A DNA stretch of 31,168 nt, taken from positions 1 through 31,168 of the forward strand of contig JBBJOB010000001.1 in NCBI GenBank assembly GCA_037721455.1. The letters are read 5' to 3'. The notes under the pieces are model-generated. The model was not told where the DNA came from. It worked only from the letters and a program-made list of their open reading frames with translations, and searched no databases. Of this stretch, positions 17,650 through 25,824 are shown in pieces. Positions within the stretch are counted from its first letter, which is position 1; each line of letters opens with the position of its first letter. A program made the position numbers and the translations under genes. The DNA is from Solirubrobacteraceae bacterium. Lineage in GTDB: Bacteria; Actinomycetota; Thermoleophilia; Solirubrobacterales; Solirubrobacteraceae.

Positions 17650-18897
17650 ATGGACCAGACCACCACCGACGTCTTCGCCAAGGCCCGCGGCCACGAGCGC
17701 GCCGAGCAGCTGCGCGCGGCCCGCGAAGCCGACGTGCTGCCCTACTTCCGTCTGCTCGAGGGTCCCGCCGGGCCCGAGGTGGAGATGGAGGGCGCGCGGC
17801 GCATCATGCTGGGCTCCAACAACTACCTCGGGCTCACCGGCGACCCACGCGTGATGGCCGGGGCGCGTGACGCGCTGGAGCGCTACGGCACCGGGTTGAC
17901 CGGTTCGCGCCTGCTCAACGGCACCACGCCGCTGCACCTGGAGCTCGAGCGCGAGCTTGCCGAGTGGATGGGCACCGAGGCGGCGCTGGTGTTCACCACC
18001 GGCCACCAGGCCAACCTGGGCGCGCTGGGCACGCTGCTGGCCCCCGGCGACACGGTTATCGCCGACTCGGGCGACCACGCCTCCATCCTGGACGGCTGCC
18101 TGCTCTCCCGGGCCAAGCTGCGCGCCTTCCGCCACAACCGCCTGGACAAGCTCGAGCGCGCGCTCCAGCGCGCCCGGGGCGACGGCGGCGGGGTGCTCGT
18201 GGTGGTCGACGGCGTCTTCTCCATGGAGGGCGACGTCGCTCCCCTGCCCGACATCGTCGCGCTGTGCGAACGCCACGGCGCGCGTCTCATGGTCGACGAG
18301 GCCCACGGCGCGGGCGTGCTGGGCGCCCGTGGGGCGGGCGCCTCCGAACTGCTGGGGGTCGAGGACCGTGTCGACCTGCGCATGGGCACCTTCTCCAAGT
18401 CGTTGGCCTCCTGCGGGGGCTTCGTCGCCGGCCCCGAGGAGGTCATCGACTTCCTGCGCGTCTCCAGCCGGGCGTTCTTGTTCACCGCGGCCTCGGTGCC
18501 CGCCGCCGTCGGCGCCGCGCTGGCCGCGCTGCGCGTCCTGCGCTCCGACGACGGCCCGCCGTTGCTGGCGCGTGTCGCGCAGGCGGCGCGCCACCTGCGC
18601 GGTGGCCTGCGCGACCTGGGATTCAAGGTGGTGGACGATGAGAGTGCCATCGACACCCCGATCATCCCGGTGCTGGTCGAGGACGACTGGAAGGCGGCGC
18701 TCCTGTGGCGCGCGCTCTTCGACGCCGGCGTTTACGTCAACGTGGCCCTGCACCCCGCGGTGCCGCCCGGCGGCGCGCTGCTGCGCACCAGCGTGATGGC
18801 CACGCACACGCCCGAGGTGCTCGACCGCGCGCTGGCCGTGTTCGCCGACGTCAGGACCCGCTTCGAGGCGCAGCACGGGCCGTTGCCCGCACTCTGA
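17650..18897 (+). CDS. PLP-dependent alpha-oxoamine synthase, serine palmitoyltransferase-like
   Basis: PYFR, LGSNNYLGL, GTGLTGSRLLNGT, DHASI, DGVFSMEGD, DEAHG and the PLP-lysine motif GTFSKSLAS. 415 aa. Confidence 0.8.
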   Translation: MDQTTTDVFAKARGHERAEQLRAAREADVLPYFRLLEGPAGPEVEMEGARRIMLGSNNYLGLTGDPRVMAGARDALERYGTGLTGSRLLNGTTPLHLELERELAEWMGTEAALVFTTGHQANLGALGTLLAPGDTVIADSGDHASILDGCLLSRAKLRAFRHNRLDKLERALQRARGDGGGVLVVVDGVFSMEGDVAPLPDIVALCERHGARLMVDEAHGAGVLGARGAGASELLGVEDRVDLRMGTFSKSLASCGGFVAGPEEVIDFLRVSSRAFLFTAASVPAAVGAALAALRVLRSDDGPPLLARVAQAARHLRGGLRDLGFKVVDDESAIDTPIIPVLVEDDWKAALLWRALFDAGVYVNVALHPAVPPGGALLRTSVMATHTPEVLDRALAVFADVRTRFEAQHGPLPAL

Positions 18898-18948
18898 CGT
18901 TCACGGAACGAAAACCCCGCTCCGTGCAAGAAGGTGGACGATTGTTCG

Positions 18949-18978
18949 TTGACCGCCGCGCCGCGCCTCGCATAGCTT
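18949..18978 (+). promoter_or_regulatory. Sigma70-type promoter for the mIHF-like gene
   Basis: TTGACC (18949-18954), an 18-nt spacer, then TAGCTT (18973-18978). Confidence 0.6.
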
Positions 18979-18984
18979 GGTGTG

Positions 18985-19119
18985 AGCGCGCAGCGAGGCG
19001 CCGTCCGAGGAGAGGACGATGACCGGCCCATCCGCGGGGGACGAGGCCGGCGTCGGACGCTGCGCGTGGACGCCCAAGCACGAACACCGTCCCAGGAGCC
19101 GGACGGCAGAAAGGACTGG
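18985..19119 (+). ncRNA. Candidate structured 5' leader
   Basis: Nested stems 18987-18993/19060-19066, 19002-19008/19053-19059 and 19023-19028/19045-19050, plus hairpin 19087-19092/19101-19106 next to the AAAGGA SD. No known family was recognised. Confidence 0.4.
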
Positions 19120-19443
19120 ATGAGCGCCACAGCGACGATCGCCCCAAAGGATCCGGAGGATCCCCAGTACATGTACGCCCTGCGACGGGCCAACGAGGTG
19201 CGCCTCGCGCGCGCCCACACACGCCGCGAGGTGGCTGACGGCAGGCTGGCGGTGGGCGAGGTGGTCCTCACCTGCCCGAGGGAGCTGCACACGATGACCG
19301 TCTTCGAGCTCCTGGCCGCCCAGCGCCGGTGGGGGCGCAAGCGTTCGCGTGACCTGCTCGCGGAGGTGGGGCTGCCCGAGACCAAGTCGCTGGGCACCAT
19401 GACCGAACGCCAGCGCCGGCTGGTGGCCGACCGGCTCGGGTAG
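19120..19443 (+). CDS. Actinobacterial mIHF-like (H2TH) nucleoid-associated protein
   Basis: ALRRANEVRLARA, TVFELL..QRRWG and GTMTERQR motifs. An AAAGGA SD precedes ATG 19120. Confidence 0.75.
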   Translation: MSATATIAPKDPEDPQYMYALRRANEVRLARAHTRREVADGRLAVGEVVLTCPRELHTMTVFELLAAQRRWGRKRSRDLLAEVGLPETKSLGTMTERQRRLVADRLG

Positions 19444-19508
19444 GCACCCAGACCGCGCGGGGTTCTCCGCTCTCGGGCGGCACAGGGCCTCGCGCGGGCG
19501 TCCCCGGG

Positions 19509-20003
19509 CTAGGCGCGGAAGGACATGCCGCCGGTGCGCCGGCGGAAGGCCTCGCGCAGCGCCCACCAGGCCAGGCCGGCGACGACGATCCCCACGGCCA
19601 GCGGGGCGATCGCCCCGATGACGTCGAGCAGGTAGGCCGCGCCCATGGCGGCCATGCCCAGCGTCGCGGCCAGCAGGGTGGTGTGTGAGCGGTAGCCGGC
19701 GAAGTGCTCGCGCACGGTGAACTCGACGGTGCCCAGGGCCACCAGCCCCAAGCCGGCACCGATCAGGACGGCCGTGTCGGGGCCGCGGCTGAAGAACCCG
19801 AAGACCAGGATCACCAAGCCGACGAGGATGCACAGCTCGGTAAGCGGTAGGGGCGCCCACGGCGCCTTCGGGGCCTCCTCCGGGCGTGCGCGGCGCCGGG
19901 GTGAGCCGGGACGCGGACGGACCGGCGCGGGTGACCGCGAAGGATCCTGGGCGGAAGCGCGCCCGGAGGACTCCGACGAGCGCTTGCGGCTACGACGGCC
20001 CAT
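19509..20003 (-). CDS. Hypothetical 4-TM membrane protein
   Basis: A basic, disordered N-terminus followed by four hydrophobic segments and EFTVREHFAGYRSH. ATG 20003. Confidence 0.7.
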   Translation of the reverse strand: MGRRSRKRSSESSGRASAQDPSRSPAPVRPRPGSPRRRARPEEAPKAPWAPLPLTELCILVGLVILVFGFFSRGPDTAVLIGAGLGLVALGTVEFTVREHFAGYRSHTTLLAATLGMAAMGAAYLLDVIGAIAPLAVGIVVAGLAWWALREAFRRRTGGMSFRA

Positions 20004-20016
20004 GACCAACCAGGTG

Positions 20017-20568
20017 TCAGGTGATGAGACGACCTGGGGGCCCGCCCCCGCGGCCACGGGGCCGCGGGGGCACCCCTAAGGGACAGCCCGAGGACAGCTT
20101 GACCTGCCACCAGCCCATGAACATGCCGACGATGCCCATCCGGGGGCGGACCTCGTAGGCGCCGCAGCCGGGGATGCCCAGGTCCTCACGTGGTATGCGC
20201 ACGAACTTGTGCCGCTTGGGATCGATGCGCATCTTCTCCAGCAGCACACGGTTGCGCTCCTGGATCTCGCCGCGGCGAGCCACCTGGTCGCGCGCGGCGC
20301 GCAGCCGGGCGGCGAGGTCGTCGCGGGTGGTCTCCAGATCGCCCAGCGACAGGATGCGGGGCCCCACGGTGGGCGGCGCCATACCGACGTCGACGCGCTC
20401 GTGGGCCGGGAAGGCGGTCACCAGGCACTCCCCCAGATCCCGCTCCATGCGGGCGATCTGGTCGCGCAACGACCGGCGCGCCGCGCGCTCGCCGGGAGGC
20501 GCGAAGGGAGCGTTGCGTACCGCCTCCCGCTGACCCGGCGTGAACTGGATCTCCTCGACAACCATCAT
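20017..20568 (-). CDS. Hypothetical protein with a Cys-containing C-terminal motif
   Basis: ATGA overlap with the upstream gene, a coiled-coil middle, and GIPGCGAYEVRPRMG...WWQVKLSSGCP. Confidence 0.75.
   Translation of the reverse strand: MMVVEEIQFTPGQREAVRNAPFAPPGERAARRSLRDQIARMERDLGECLVTAFPAHERVDVGMAPPTVGPRILSLGDLETTRDDLAARLRAARDQVARRGEIQERNRVLLEKMRIDPKRHKFVRIPREDLGIPGCGAYEVRPRMGIVGMFMGWWQVKLSSGCPLGVPPRPRGRGGGPPGRLIT
20044..20071. repeat. Perfect 12-bp GC hairpin inside the 3' end of the 20017-20568 gene
   Basis: gcccccgcggcc-acgg-ggccgcgggggc. Confidence 0.8.
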
Positions 20569-21239
20569 GCCTGCTGAGAATAGGGGCTTCGCCCGCCGTC
20601 ACCCAGCGCGTCGAGGCACAGGTCCAGCGCCTCCTCGACGTGGATGGCGGGAACCCCGGCCACCGCCACGGCGTACAGACGCACGCGGCGCGTCGAGCGC
20701 GACACCTCGCGCGCCGGGTCGGTTGCGCCGAACAGGACGGCGACCGGGGAGGCGGCGTCGCACACCACCATGCGCCCCTCGGGAAGGTGATCGGCCGGCT
20801 CGTGGGTCCCCAGCCGCTCCCGCCCAGCGGTCAGGCGCATCCCGAGCGGGCCCTGAAGCGCCGCGTCGTCCAGCGCCCACACCGCCACGCCCGTCTCGAC
20901 CACCGCTATTAGCAGCGCGTCACGAATCCGGTCGCGCGCGCGGAAGCCGCCCCGCAACAGCCGCTGCATCGCCGCCTCCTCGACCGGCGTGCGGTGCACG
21001 TCGGGGTCCAGGCCCACATGGCGGTGGAAGACCCGGTAGGCATGGGGGATCGGCTGCCGGCGCAGCGCGACGACCTGCGCGCCGGCGTAGCGGTCGGACA
21101 GGCCCCTGAGCCGGACGCGAGCCTCGCGGGTGCTGCGCCCCGGGGTGGCGTCGACCGCCACCTCGACCAGGCGCACGCGGGGGAACTCCTCGGCCAGCAC
21201 GGGATCGACCCACCCCTCGCGCGCGAGCCCGACGCTCAT
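20565..21239 (-). CDS. Stand-alone B3/B4 (PheT editing-domain)-like protein
   Basis: PIPHAYRVFHRHVGLDPDVHRTPVE...RDALLIAVVETGVAVWALD resembles B3/4 domains. ATGA overlaps occur on both sides. Confidence 0.55.
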   Translation of the reverse strand: MSVGLAREGWVDPVLAEEFPRVRLVEVAVDATPGRSTREARVRLRGLSDRYAGAQVVALRRQPIPHAYRVFHRHVGLDPDVHRTPVEEAAMQRLLRGGFRARDRIRDALLIAVVETGVAVWALDDAALQGPLGMRLTAGRERLGTHEPADHLPEGRMVVCDAASPVAVLFGATDPAREVSRSTRRVRLYAVAVAGVPAIHVEEALDLCLDALGDGGRSPYSQQA

Positions 21240-21916
21240 CCGCCCCGCGGGGCCTCCCACCCCAGGACGGTCGAGCGGCGTTCCAGGCCCTCCAGCCGGC
21301 GCTCGAAGTCTGCGGGTTCGAGCTGCCCGATCGCCGTGCCCTGCACCTCGCCGCCGAAGGTCGCGAAGGTCACCTGCGGGCAGACGGCGACCGCGTAGAG
21401 GTTGGCCAGCACGCCGTCCTGGTCCCACCCGACCGGGAAGGACCAGTCGTTGGCGCGCACGAGCTGCGCGGTGTCCTCGATGTCGCCCCCCAGGGAGACG
21501 GCCGCGAACTGCACGCCGGGGTGCCGGCGGCGCGCTGCCTCCATCACGTCCAGCGCGCCGGTGCAGTCGGCCGCGCGGGTGGCCAGGAAGGCCAGCACGA
21601 CCGGCCCGCGCTCGGCCAGCGCACACACGTTGAGCACCTGCGCGCCGCGCACCTCGCAGGCAGGCGTGTTCCCCGCCTGCCCCTGCCCGGGGGCCGTGGC
21701 CACGTTGGCGAAGGCGTCCTCCAGACCCGAGGTGGCCAGCGGCACGGCGAAGGGCGGCAGGTTCGCCCCCGGCGCCACGCCGCGCGAGCCGATCGAGTCG
21801 GTGGTGAACGTGTTGTAGGCGACGTAGGCCAGGAAGACCACGGTGACCAGACCGATGATCCAGCCGCCGCGGCGCGCGAGACCGGGGGGGTCATCGTCCT
21901 GCTGAGGCTGGTTCAC
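21236..21916 (-). CDS. Membrane-anchored TlpA/redoxin-like protein lacking a CXXC motif
   Basis: An N-terminal TM, LPPFAVP, GPVVLAF, FAAVS, FPVGWDQDG..ANLYAVAVCPQVTF. GTG 21916 overlaps the MMPL TGA. Confidence 0.65.
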   Translation of the reverse strand: MNQPQQDDDPPGLARRGGWIIGLVTVVFLAYVAYNTFTTDSIGSRGVAPGANLPPFAVPLATSGLEDAFANVATAPGQGQAGNTPACEVRGAQVLNVCALAERGPVVLAFLATRAADCTGALDVMEAARRRHPGVQFAAVSLGGDIEDTAQLVRANDWSFPVGWDQDGVLANLYAVAVCPQVTFATFGGEVQGTAIGQLEPADFERRLEGLERRSTVLGWEAPRGG

Positions 21917-24645
21917 GCCGGCTGGCGGCGGCGGGGACGCAGCCACGACCACCGCGGGCGCAGTTCCCGCAGGCCCTCGCGCAGGCGGTCGGGGTGCTCG
22001 CTGAGCACGAGCACCGCGGGCAGGACCACCAGGACGCCCAGCAGCGAGACCGACAGGTCGACGACGGTCACCGCCCCGAAGTCGCGCAGCATGCGGATGT
22101 CGGAGACCACGAGCACCGCGAAGCCGGCGATCGCGGTGATGCCCGACGCGCTCACGGCCTTCCCCGTCGACACGTAGGTGCGCCGCAGCGCGGCGGCGGT
22201 CTCCAGGCCGCGCGCCCGCTCGGCGCGGAAGCGCTCGGCCAGCAGCACGCTGAACTCGGTGGAGATGGCGATGACCAGCGCACCGAGCGTCACCGACATC
22301 GGGTTCAGCGGCACCTGGGAGACGAAGAGCACGAGCGCCGACCAGCCTGTGGCCAGCACGATGGGCGCCAGAGGCAGCAGCGCGCGGCGCGGCGTGCGCA
22401 GGGCCACCAGGAGGACCAGCGCCACGGCGAGCAGGCCGGCGATCAGCGTCAGCACGCGACGGGTGTGGGAGGAGACCTCGGCGTTGGCACTGGCCGCCAG
22501 CACGGGCAGGCCTACCAGCTCGACCTCCAGCCCCTCCGGCGGGTCGAGCAGCGTGCGCATCTCGTCGATGACCTCCTGCTGGCGGTCCAGGGGCATGAGC
22601 GAGATGCCGAAGCTCAGCGTCGCCTTGGTGCGCTCCTCGTTGAGCACCGACTGGGAGAAGTAGGGGGGCACCGCGGCCAGCAGCGCGTCGATGGCCTGGG
22701 CACTGGGTCGGGCGGCCGGCTGTCCGGGCTGCGTGGTGCCCGACAGCAGGTCGGGCAGCGAGAAGGCCGGGCAGACCGCGGCCTCGCCGCAGCCTCGCTC
22801 CTCAGTGAAGCCGGCGCGGTCCAGCACGCGCTGCTGGTAGTCGACCATCCACCCGATCGCCGCCGGGTTGCCGAGGGCCTCACCCTCGACGAGCACGTCG
22901 ATGGTGCCTCCGATGCCCGAGGCCTCCTGCAGTGTCTCGAGGTCCTCCAACGCGCGCAGGTCGGCGGGCACGAGCTGGGTGATGTCGGACTCGACCTCGA
23001 GCTGGGTATCCAGCGCCCAGCCGGCGAGGGCCAGCGCCACGCCGACGGCGAGGACCCGCACCGGGTGGCGCACCGCGAGCTCCAGCGATGCATGGCTCCC
23101 CGCGCGCAGGCGGGCGGCGCCGGCGCGGCCGCAGCGGCGCACAGCTGCGGGCGGGCGCACGCGCACCACCGGGCGGCCCAGCGCGAGGGCGCCACGACCG
23201 AGCGGACGCAGCATCTCGCCCGCCCCGCGCAGCGCCGGCATCAGGCGGCGCGGGAACCCGCCGTCGCCGTCGTCGCGCACCAGCACCAGCGCGGCGATGC
23301 CGGCGGTCAGCGTGAGGGCCAGGGCGACGACTATGCCCAGCACGAGCAGCGCGCCGAAACCCTGCACCATGGGCACGGGCGAGAGCAGGAGCACGAGGAA
23401 GCCGGCCGCGGTGGCCGCCGCGGCGGTGACCACGGTGGGCGCGCCCGCGCGGGCGACGACCCGCGAGGCCTCGGCCGCGGAGCGCACGCGCGCCTCCTCG
23501 ACCCGCGACTGGATCTGGATCGCGTAGTCCACGGCCAGGCCGATGAGCACCGGCAGCACGGCGATGGACGCCATGGTCAGCGAGGCGCCGGCCAGCGACA
23601 GCGCACCGAAGGTCAGCGCTGCGGCGCCCAGGGCGATGGCCAGCGGCGCCAGGCGCAGCCGGGTGCGGAAGACCAGCGCCAGCGTGGCGGCCATGACCAG
23701 CCCGGCGGCGATCAGCAGCACGATGATCGAGCCGGTGATCGAGTCGGTGAGGTCGGCCACCACCACCGGGGCGCCGGTCACCAGGTACTGCCCGCCGGCC
23801 CCCAGACGCCAGTCCTCCATCCCAACTGCGGCGCGGATGGTCTCGATGGTCCGGGCCTGCTGCTCGTCGCTGAGGCCGGGCTCCAGACGCACCTGGATGA
23901 TCGCCGTGTCCGCGCCGCCCTGGGCGTTGGGGAACAGGTAGGAGAAGCGTTCCTTGGGTGCGCACAGCGGCTGCGAGGTGTCGCAGATGAGCTGGGAGAC
24001 GAACTGCGGGTCGCTCGCGCTGGGGATGCCCCTGATCCCGTAGCGGGCCGCCAGCCCGAAGACCTGCTGCTGGAACTGCGCCTGCACCTGGCCCGCCGCC
24101 GCCTCGCCGGCGGCCTGGGCCCCGGCCTGCGACGCCCCGTCCTCGCGGGCCTGCTCGACAGCCTCCTGCGCCGCGGCGTCGGCCTGCTCCCGGCTTGCCT
24201 GCAACTGGGTCTGGAACTGGCTCTGGAGCTGGAACGCGGCCTCGTTGATGAAGGTGCCCGGCCCGTAGACCGCGCGCACCGGGCGGTCGGCGGCCATCGT
24301 CGCGCAGGGCCCGCCCGGGCCGCCGGGCGGCTGCACGCCGTCGGGCACGTTGCCCGAGATGCAGCCCTCCAGGCCGATGACGCGCCCCAGGTCCTCTCCC
24401 AGGAAGGTGTCGGCGATGTCGCCGCGCACCATCACGAACACCGCGTCGTCGCCGAAGGCCTCGCGCCAGCGCTCGGTCGCGGCGTAGACGTCGCTGCCGT
24501 CGCCCACCAGCGTGTCCGTGCCGGCCGAGACGTCCAGCCGAGTCGCCATCACCGCGCCGACGAGCGCCAGCACGACCGTGACGACGAGCACCGGCGCCGG
24601 GCGTCGCGCGGCAAGGCCCATCAGGGCGTCCAGCGGCCTCCTCAT
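21913..24645 (-). CDS. MMPL/RND-family transporter
   Basis: 910 aa with two repeats of TM plus extracytoplasmic domain, including TGAPVV, GLAVDYAIQ, VGLPVL, AISTEFSVL and AIAGFAVL. Confidence 0.88.
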   Translation of the reverse strand: MRRPLDALMGLAARRPAPVLVVTVVLALVGAVMATRLDVSAGTDTLVGDGSDVYAATERWREAFGDDAVFVMVRGDIADTFLGEDLGRVIGLEGCISGNVPDGVQPPGGPGGPCATMAADRPVRAVYGPGTFINEAAFQLQSQFQTQLQASREQADAAAQEAVEQAREDGASQAGAQAAGEAAAGQVQAQFQQQVFGLAARYGIRGIPSASDPQFVSQLICDTSQPLCAPKERFSYLFPNAQGGADTAIIQVRLEPGLSDEQQARTIETIRAAVGMEDWRLGAGGQYLVTGAPVVVADLTDSITGSIIVLLIAAGLVMAATLALVFRTRLRLAPLAIALGAAALTFGALSLAGASLTMASIAVLPVLIGLAVDYAIQIQSRVEEARVRSAAEASRVVARAGAPTVVTAAAATAAGFLVLLLSPVPMVQGFGALLVLGIVVALALTLTAGIAALVLVRDDGDGGFPRRLMPALRGAGEMLRPLGRGALALGRPVVRVRPPAAVRRCGRAGAARLRAGSHASLELAVRHPVRVLAVGVALALAGWALDTQLEVESDITQLVPADLRALEDLETLQEASGIGGTIDVLVEGEALGNPAAIGWMVDYQQRVLDRAGFTEERGCGEAAVCPAFSLPDLLSGTTQPGQPAARPSAQAIDALLAAVPPYFSQSVLNEERTKATLSFGISLMPLDRQQEVIDEMRTLLDPPEGLEVELVGLPVLAASANAEVSSHTRRVLTLIAGLLAVALVLLVALRTPRRALLPLAPIVLATGWSALVLFVSQVPLNPMSVTLGALVIAISTEFSVLLAERFRAERARGLETAAALRRTYVSTGKAVSASGITAIAGFAVLVVSDIRMLRDFGAVTVVDLSVSLLGVLVVLPAVLVLSEHPDRLREGLRELRPRWSWLRPRRRQPA

Positions 24646-24667
24646 GAGCTGCTTGGGAGGCTAGGGA

Positions 24668-25822
24668 CTACTCCATCCCCAGCGGGCCCTGCGACTCGCC
24701 CGACAGGAACTGGCGCACGAAGGCGTTCTCCGAGTCGAACAGCTCCTCCGCGGGACCCGACTCCACGATGCGCCCCTTCCACAGCACCGAGATGTGCTCA
24801 GCGACGCGGCGGGCCGTCATGATGTCGTGGGTGATCAGGGTGAAGGCCGGCGGGTGCTGGCCCTCCTTGAGGTCGCCCATCATGTCGGCGTGGATCTCCT
24901 GGATGAGCTCGCCCAGCAGGGCGGTGCGCACCGGGTCCAGGCCCGAGTCGGGCTCGTCGAAGAGGACGATGTCGGGGTCGAGCACCAGCGCGCGCGCGAA
25001 GCCGGCGCGCTTGCGCATCCCGCCCGACAGCTCGTTGGGCAAGCGCGTGTGCGCGTTGCCCAGGCCGACCTCCTCGAGGCGACGGTTGACGATCTCCCCG
25101 ATCTCCTCCTCGCCCTTGTCGGTGTGCTGGCGCAGTGGGAAGGCGGTGTTGTCGAAGACGTTCATCGAGCCGAACAGCGCGCCGTCCTGGAAGAGCACGC
25201 CGAACTTCTTGCGCATCTCGAACAGGTCGTCGTCGGGCATGTTGGGCACCGACTCGCCGTGGACCAGCACGTCGCCTTCGTCGGGGTACAGCAGGCCGAC
25301 CATGTGCTTGATGCACACCGACTTGCCCGTGCCCGAAGGGCCCAGGATCATCGAGATCTTTCCCTCGGGCAGGCCCATGTTGAGGCCGCGCAGGATGCGC
25401 GCGTGCGGGCCGAAGGCCTTGTGGACGTCGACGAACTCCACGGCGTCGGCCGCGCCGCTGGGACGCTGCTTGCCGGTGTGCCACTGGTACTCCCCGTCGC
25501 CCTCGCCGGCCGATGGCGACTCGGACACGACCGACACCCGGGTGCGCGCGTCCTCGCGGGTGCGCTGATCCTCGTCGCGCGGGTCGTCCGCGAACGGCCC
25601 CGGCTCGCCCCACAGGTCCTCCTCGGCGGTGCCCGGGCCCTCCAGCTCGTCCCGGGTCAGCGGCTCCTGCGCGGCGCGACGCTCGCCCTCCTGATCGGAA
25701 CCGACGGCGTGCGCCTGGGTCCGGGGGGCATCGTCAGCCTCCCACGGAGCGACCTCCTCGCGACCCTCGCCCTCGTCATCGCCCTGCCCCTTGCGGGATC
25801 CGAAGCGGGGAAGTCGAGCCAA
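24668..25822 (-). CDS. mlaF: MlaF/Mkl(MceG)-type ABC ATP-binding protein with a long acidic N-terminal extension
   Basis: GPSGTGKS, FQDGALFGSM, LSGGMRKR and FDEPDSGLDP motifs. TTG 25822 lies 2 nt after the permease stop, and a later start is possible. Confidence 0.88.
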   Translation of the reverse strand: MARLPRFGSRKGQGDDEGEGREEVAPWEADDAPRTQAHAVGSDQEGERRAAQEPLTRDELEGPGTAEEDLWGEPGPFADDPRDEDQRTREDARTRVSVVSESPSAGEGDGEYQWHTGKQRPSGAADAVEFVDVHKAFGPHARILRGLNMGLPEGKISMILGPSGTGKSVCIKHMVGLLYPDEGDVLVHGESVPNMPDDDLFEMRKKFGVLFQDGALFGSMNVFDNTAFPLRQHTDKGEEEIGEIVNRRLEEVGLGNAHTRLPNELSGGMRKRAGFARALVLDPDIVLFDEPDSGLDPVRTALLGELIQEIHADMMGDLKEGQHPPAFTLITHDIMTARRVAEHISVLWKGRIVESGPAEELFDSENAFVRQFLSGESQGPLGME

Positions 25823-25824
25823 TG

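Noticed and set aside
17650-18897. Plain bioF (8-amino-7-oxononanoate synthase)
   Set aside because: It is not excluded, but there are no bio genes nearby, the motif is GTFSKS, and the neighbour is bCerS-like, so SPT is preferred.
18902-18925. cacgga/tccgtg hairpin as an intrinsic terminator of the SPT-like gene
   Set aside because: It has only a 6-bp stem, a 12-nt loop and no U-tract, which is too weak to call.
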